Shown piece after piece: positions 32,902 to 35,131 of a stretch of DNA of 35,131 bases. Where the stretch lies: positions 1-35,131 of the forward strand of contig JAZRUU010000136.1 of NCBI GenBank assembly GCA_045652725.1, written 5' to 3'. The notes beneath the pieces were generated by a model. That model worked only from the letters and a program-made list of their open reading frames with translations. It was not told the origin of the DNA and did no database searches. Both the position numbers and the translations under genes were made by a program. The DNA is from Clostridia bacterium (GTDB lineage Bacteria > Bacillota > Clostridia > UBA1381 > UBA9506). Numbering within the stretch: the first letter of the stretch is position 1; the number at the start of each line of letters is the position of its first letter.

Positions 32902-33579
32902 ATGGCATATCTTAACGGAAAACAAACATGTTTCTCCCCTTCTCTGATTCTTGAACAATCAAGCGCGGTGCTGCAGGAGTGCGAAATCAATGAGCTGCCG
33001 CTGGGTGAGGAAACAATTTGCCCTGCGGAGGGCTTCGATGGCTTTTCATCGGTGAAAGTTGAGGGCGTATATTTTTCGGATAGTAATGAAATGTATACAA
33101 AAACGATGAGGGTGCGCAAGTTTTTCGGCGCGTTGCTTGACGGCGCTGAGCATCTTGAAAAGCTCATTTTTGAAAGAGGCACAACAAAATACATGTTGAG
33201 CGGGGATTTTAATTATTGCCCTGCGCTCAAAGAAGTTGTTTTTACAGATAACTGTTTGCTTGAATGGACAGCGATAAGTTTTCTCGGCTCAAATATAAAA
33301 ACTCTGCGGTTTTTGTCAATGGATGATAATTCAATAATTGACATGTGGACTTGCATGGGCGATGAATTTGCAAATGTCATATATGTTGAAGTCGGTCAGG
33401 GCTGGAAACATGGCATTTCGCTGTATATGACAGACTTAACCGCGGCAAACATAATTGACATCTTCAACAAGGTCGGAACAACAATAGACGGCGTTTTGTG
33501 GCTTGGTGAGAATAATCTTCTCAAAGTGCTTGAATCTGACATTGAAATTGCAACGGCAAAAGGTTGGAGCGTAATGTGA
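32902..33579 (+). CDS. hypothetical protein, possibly BspA-type LRR-like
   Basis: The SD is embedded in the previous stop region. The repeated L..I.F....I....F..C..LK.V.F-type pattern is weak. Confidence 0.4.
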   Translation: MAYLNGKQTCFSPSLILEQSSAVLQECEINELPLGEETICPAEGFDGFSSVKVEGVYFSDSNEMYTKTMRVRKFFGALLDGAEHLEKLIFERGTTKYMLSGDFNYCPALKEVVFTDNCLLEWTAISFLGSNIKTLRFLSMDDNSIIDMWTCMGDEFANVIYVEVGQGWKHGISLYMTDLTAANIIDIFNKVGTTIDGVLWLGENNLLKVLESDIEIATAKGWSVM

Positions 33580-33608
33580 TAAAAAATTTTTTAAGGAGGC
33601 TTTTGAAA

Positions 33609-33863
33609 ATGCCGAATATCAATAATTGCACAATTACAAAACAGGGCAGCGGCTGGAAGGTTGAGCCTGATGAGGGTTTTGCTCTTTTCAGAGTTGAACA
33701 ATATCAGGTGTGGGCGGAAAAGGCCGAGGCCGATCCTGTTGCATATCCTCCCGAAAGTATCAACAGATTTGTGCGCTTTTTCAAGCGTGCATATTTGGGA
33801 GCAAATGTAGACGGCTCAAGCTATGACACAATGCCGATAACTGAAAACATGATTATTGTATGA
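33609..33863 (+). CDS. hypothetical 84-aa protein
   Basis: ATG follows AAGGAGG. Confidence 0.45.
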   Translation: MPNINNCTITKQGSGWKVEPDEGFALFRVEQYQVWAEKAEADPVAYPPESINRFVRFFKRAYLGANVDGSSYDTMPITENMIIV

Positions 33864-34555
33864 GATTCCTGAACAGCGTGCATGAGCTTTACAACACGCA
33901 TGAATTTCGTGCGCTGAGGCTTGAGCTTATGAACACGCGAACAGACGGCAGCGGGATTCTTCGCTGCGCTCATTGTCATGAGCCGATATTGAAAAGCTGC
34001 GATTGCATCGCGCATCATGTTACGCCTGTAACAACCGCGAATTTGAATGATGCGGCAATAACAATGAATCCCGAAAACATTCAGCTTGTGCATCATGCTT
34101 GCCATAATGATATACATAGCCGATTCGGGTACAATCGCAGAAAAATCTATTATGTTTATGGCGCGCCGCTTAGCGGCAAAACCTCATTTGTAAAAGCAAA
34201 CAAAGGCGCAAGCGATATTGTTGTTGATATGGATAACATATGGCAATGTATCACAGGCGGCTCACGCTATTACAAGCCCGATGCATTAAAAACAAATGCT
34301 TTTGCTGTGCGCGATTTTCTTCTTGCCATGTGCAAGGAAAACCGCGGCTTTTGGCAGAATGCATATATCATCGAAGGCGGTGCTAATAAAGTAAAGCGGG
34401 AGCAGCGGCTGCAAGCTCTTGGGGCTGAGCCGATATATATCGAGGCAACAATGAACGAATGCCTTGAGAGGCTGAGCCGCGACAATGACCGCAGGCCATT
34501 CCTTGAAGAGTGGAGCGGTTATATAAAAGAGTGGTTTGCTGAATATGAGGCATAA
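33860..34555 (+). CDS. HNH endonuclease fused to a P-loop NTPase/kinase-like domain
   Basis: N-terminal CAHCHE...HH...N...HHACHNDIH (HNH). C-terminal Walker A GAPLSGKTS with a downstream DMDN (Walker B-like). Confidence 0.8.
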   Translation: MRFLNSVHELYNTHEFRALRLELMNTRTDGSGILRCAHCHEPILKSCDCIAHHVTPVTTANLNDAAITMNPENIQLVHHACHNDIHSRFGYNRRKIYYVYGAPLSGKTSFVKANKGASDIVVDMDNIWQCITGGSRYYKPDALKTNAFAVRDFLLAMCKENRGFWQNAYIIEGGANKVKREQRLQALGAEPIYIEATMNECLERLSRDNDRRPFLEEWSGYIKEWFAEYEA

Positions 34556-34599
34556 AACAGATATCTTCGTTTTGTTCATTTTCCATACATCCTTTCTGA

Positions 34600-34816
34600 C
34601 CGCTGGCAGGGCGGGTTATACTCTGCCGCAATATGAAGCTTTAGCATAACAGTAATGCGCAGGCCAATGGGGCGAGAGCTGACAGACTGAGAGCGGGGTG
34701 CAATTCCTCGGAGCTTCACCACAGGCCACAAGCGAGCATTGAAGCGCGAGAAGGTGGGCGTTGCATTCGGTTGCAATAGCCGCTGAAAAGATGCAGCGCG
34801 TGGCTTATTCTTTTTC
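34600..34816 (+). ncRNA. candidate structured leader RNA ending in a terminator-like helix (function unknown; cos region is an alternative)
   Basis: About 260 nt have no credible ORF. There is a local stem at 34601-08/34623-29. A long helix pairs 34725-39 with 34791-804, enclosing a TTGCA/TGCAA hairpin, and is followed by TTATTCTTTTT. An upstream segment at 34655-65 can pair alternatively with 34724-39. Confidence 0.35.
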
Positions 34817-34833
34817 AAATGGAGCTTAAAGCG

Positions 34834-35067
34834 ATGGCATATTATGAGCCGCAAAAGCGGGAGCTTAACACAAGCATACACCTGCAGAACAATCCGCAGG
34901 GCTTTCGCTATAACATCAATCATCCGAAAGTAAATGAGTTATATCGGCGCTATAAGAAATGGCAAGGTATTCCGCAAGGCGATCCGCTCGACAATGAGCA
35001 GCGCCGCGATTTTGAAAAATATCTTGACGGGATTTTTTCAAAAAATAACCCCCCCGTTTCGCTGTGA
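34834..35067 (+). CDS. hypothetical conserved small late protein
   Basis: ATG follows GGAGCTTAAAGCG. 77 aa with an ...HPKVNELYRRYKKWQGIPQGDPL... motif. Confidence 0.55.
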   Translation: MAYYEPQKRELNTSIHLQNNPQGFRYNINHPKVNELYRRYKKWQGIPQGDPLDNEQRRDFEKYLDGIFSKNNPPVSL

Positions 35068-35131
35068 AAAAATTTTTGCTGCATACAAGTCGGGTCGTAG
35101 CGATGTGGTTCTGTGAGCCAAGGAGATGGGG

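Larger units (their letters stand above)
1..35131. mobile_element. Temperate HK97-like siphovirus genome (prophage or circularly assembled phage), cos/HNH-type packaging module
   Basis: A complete set of packaging, head, tail, lysis, lysogeny and replication genes lies in one window. The HNH gene sits at the right end and terS/terL at the left end, as expected if the map is circularly contiguous. Confidence 0.85.

Noticed and set aside
34576-34923. 115-aa minus-strand ORF covering the structured non-coding segment
   Set aside because: It has no SD, it overlaps the start of a + gene, and its Arg/Leu/Pro-rich composition is shadow-like. The region is better explained as RNA or cos DNA.
1-35131. 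tRNA, rRNA, reverse transcriptase/DGR, transposase, toxin-antitoxin pairs or known multi-gene defence systems
   Set aside because: Scanning by eye found no cloverleaf-type T-arm motifs (GGTTCGAATCC-like), no RT motifs (YxDD) and no DDE/IS-type ORFs. A by-eye scan can miss divergent tRNAs or small RNAs, so tRNAscan/Infernal should confirm this.
35124-35131. GGATCC/GATC site formed at the junction of the window ends, as a possible cloning or restriction artefact
   Set aside because: The window starts at ATCC, which does not match a BamHI or Sau3AI cut end. The match is most likely coincidental.

Overview
The window reads as one essentially complete ~35.1 kb temperate siphovirus genome, either a prophage or a circularly assembled phage. 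Its style is Firmicutes/Clostridia: AAAGGAG-type ribosome-binding (Shine-Dalgarno, SD) sites and purine-rich coding strands. All family names below come from reading motifs in the supplied translations. No search was run, so they are recollection-level calls.

Layout:
- 96-14636 (+): HK97-like late operon. It carries putative TerS, TerL, portal, prohead protease, major capsid, four head/tail joining proteins, major tail protein, G/G-T chaperones with a textbook -1 frameshift signal, tape measure, Dit, a Gp37-like tail protein, two membrane/holin-like genes and a 593-aa fibre.
- 14926-16647 (+): a promoter/operator-controlled cassette of seven tiny ORFs ending in an RHH (ribbon-helix-helix) gene.
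- 16652-19821 (-): repeat-rich site, large serine recombinase, membrane-tethered XRE protein and a cI-like repressor.
- 19990-23545 (+): cro-like gene, small early genes and SSB.
- 23554-25362: a second recombination module, with 34-bp direct repeats, tyrosine integrase (-), a DUF739-like regulator and an excisionase-like HTH protein.
- 25652-28280 (+): VRR-NUC, replisome organizer, iteron origin, DnaC-like ATPase and a sigma-r4-like late regulator.
- 28283-30451 (+): radical SAM enzyme, zinc-ribbon protein, YopX and small ORFs.
- 30484-33863 (+): a double-terminator-insulated block with amidase endolysin, a second TerS-like HTH protein and fibre-like/LRR-like genes.
- 33860-35067 (+): HNH/P-loop fusion, a ~260-nt ORF-free structured region and a small conserved late gene.

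No tRNA, rRNA, CRISPR array, reverse transcriptase or transposase was seen.

Most interesting items: the operator-controlled small-gene cassette (candidate anti-defence operon), the two recombinase modules with their repeat sets, the structured leader at 34.6-34.8 kb, the stand-alone radical SAM gene, and an antisense-looking segment at 21.4-21.7 kb.
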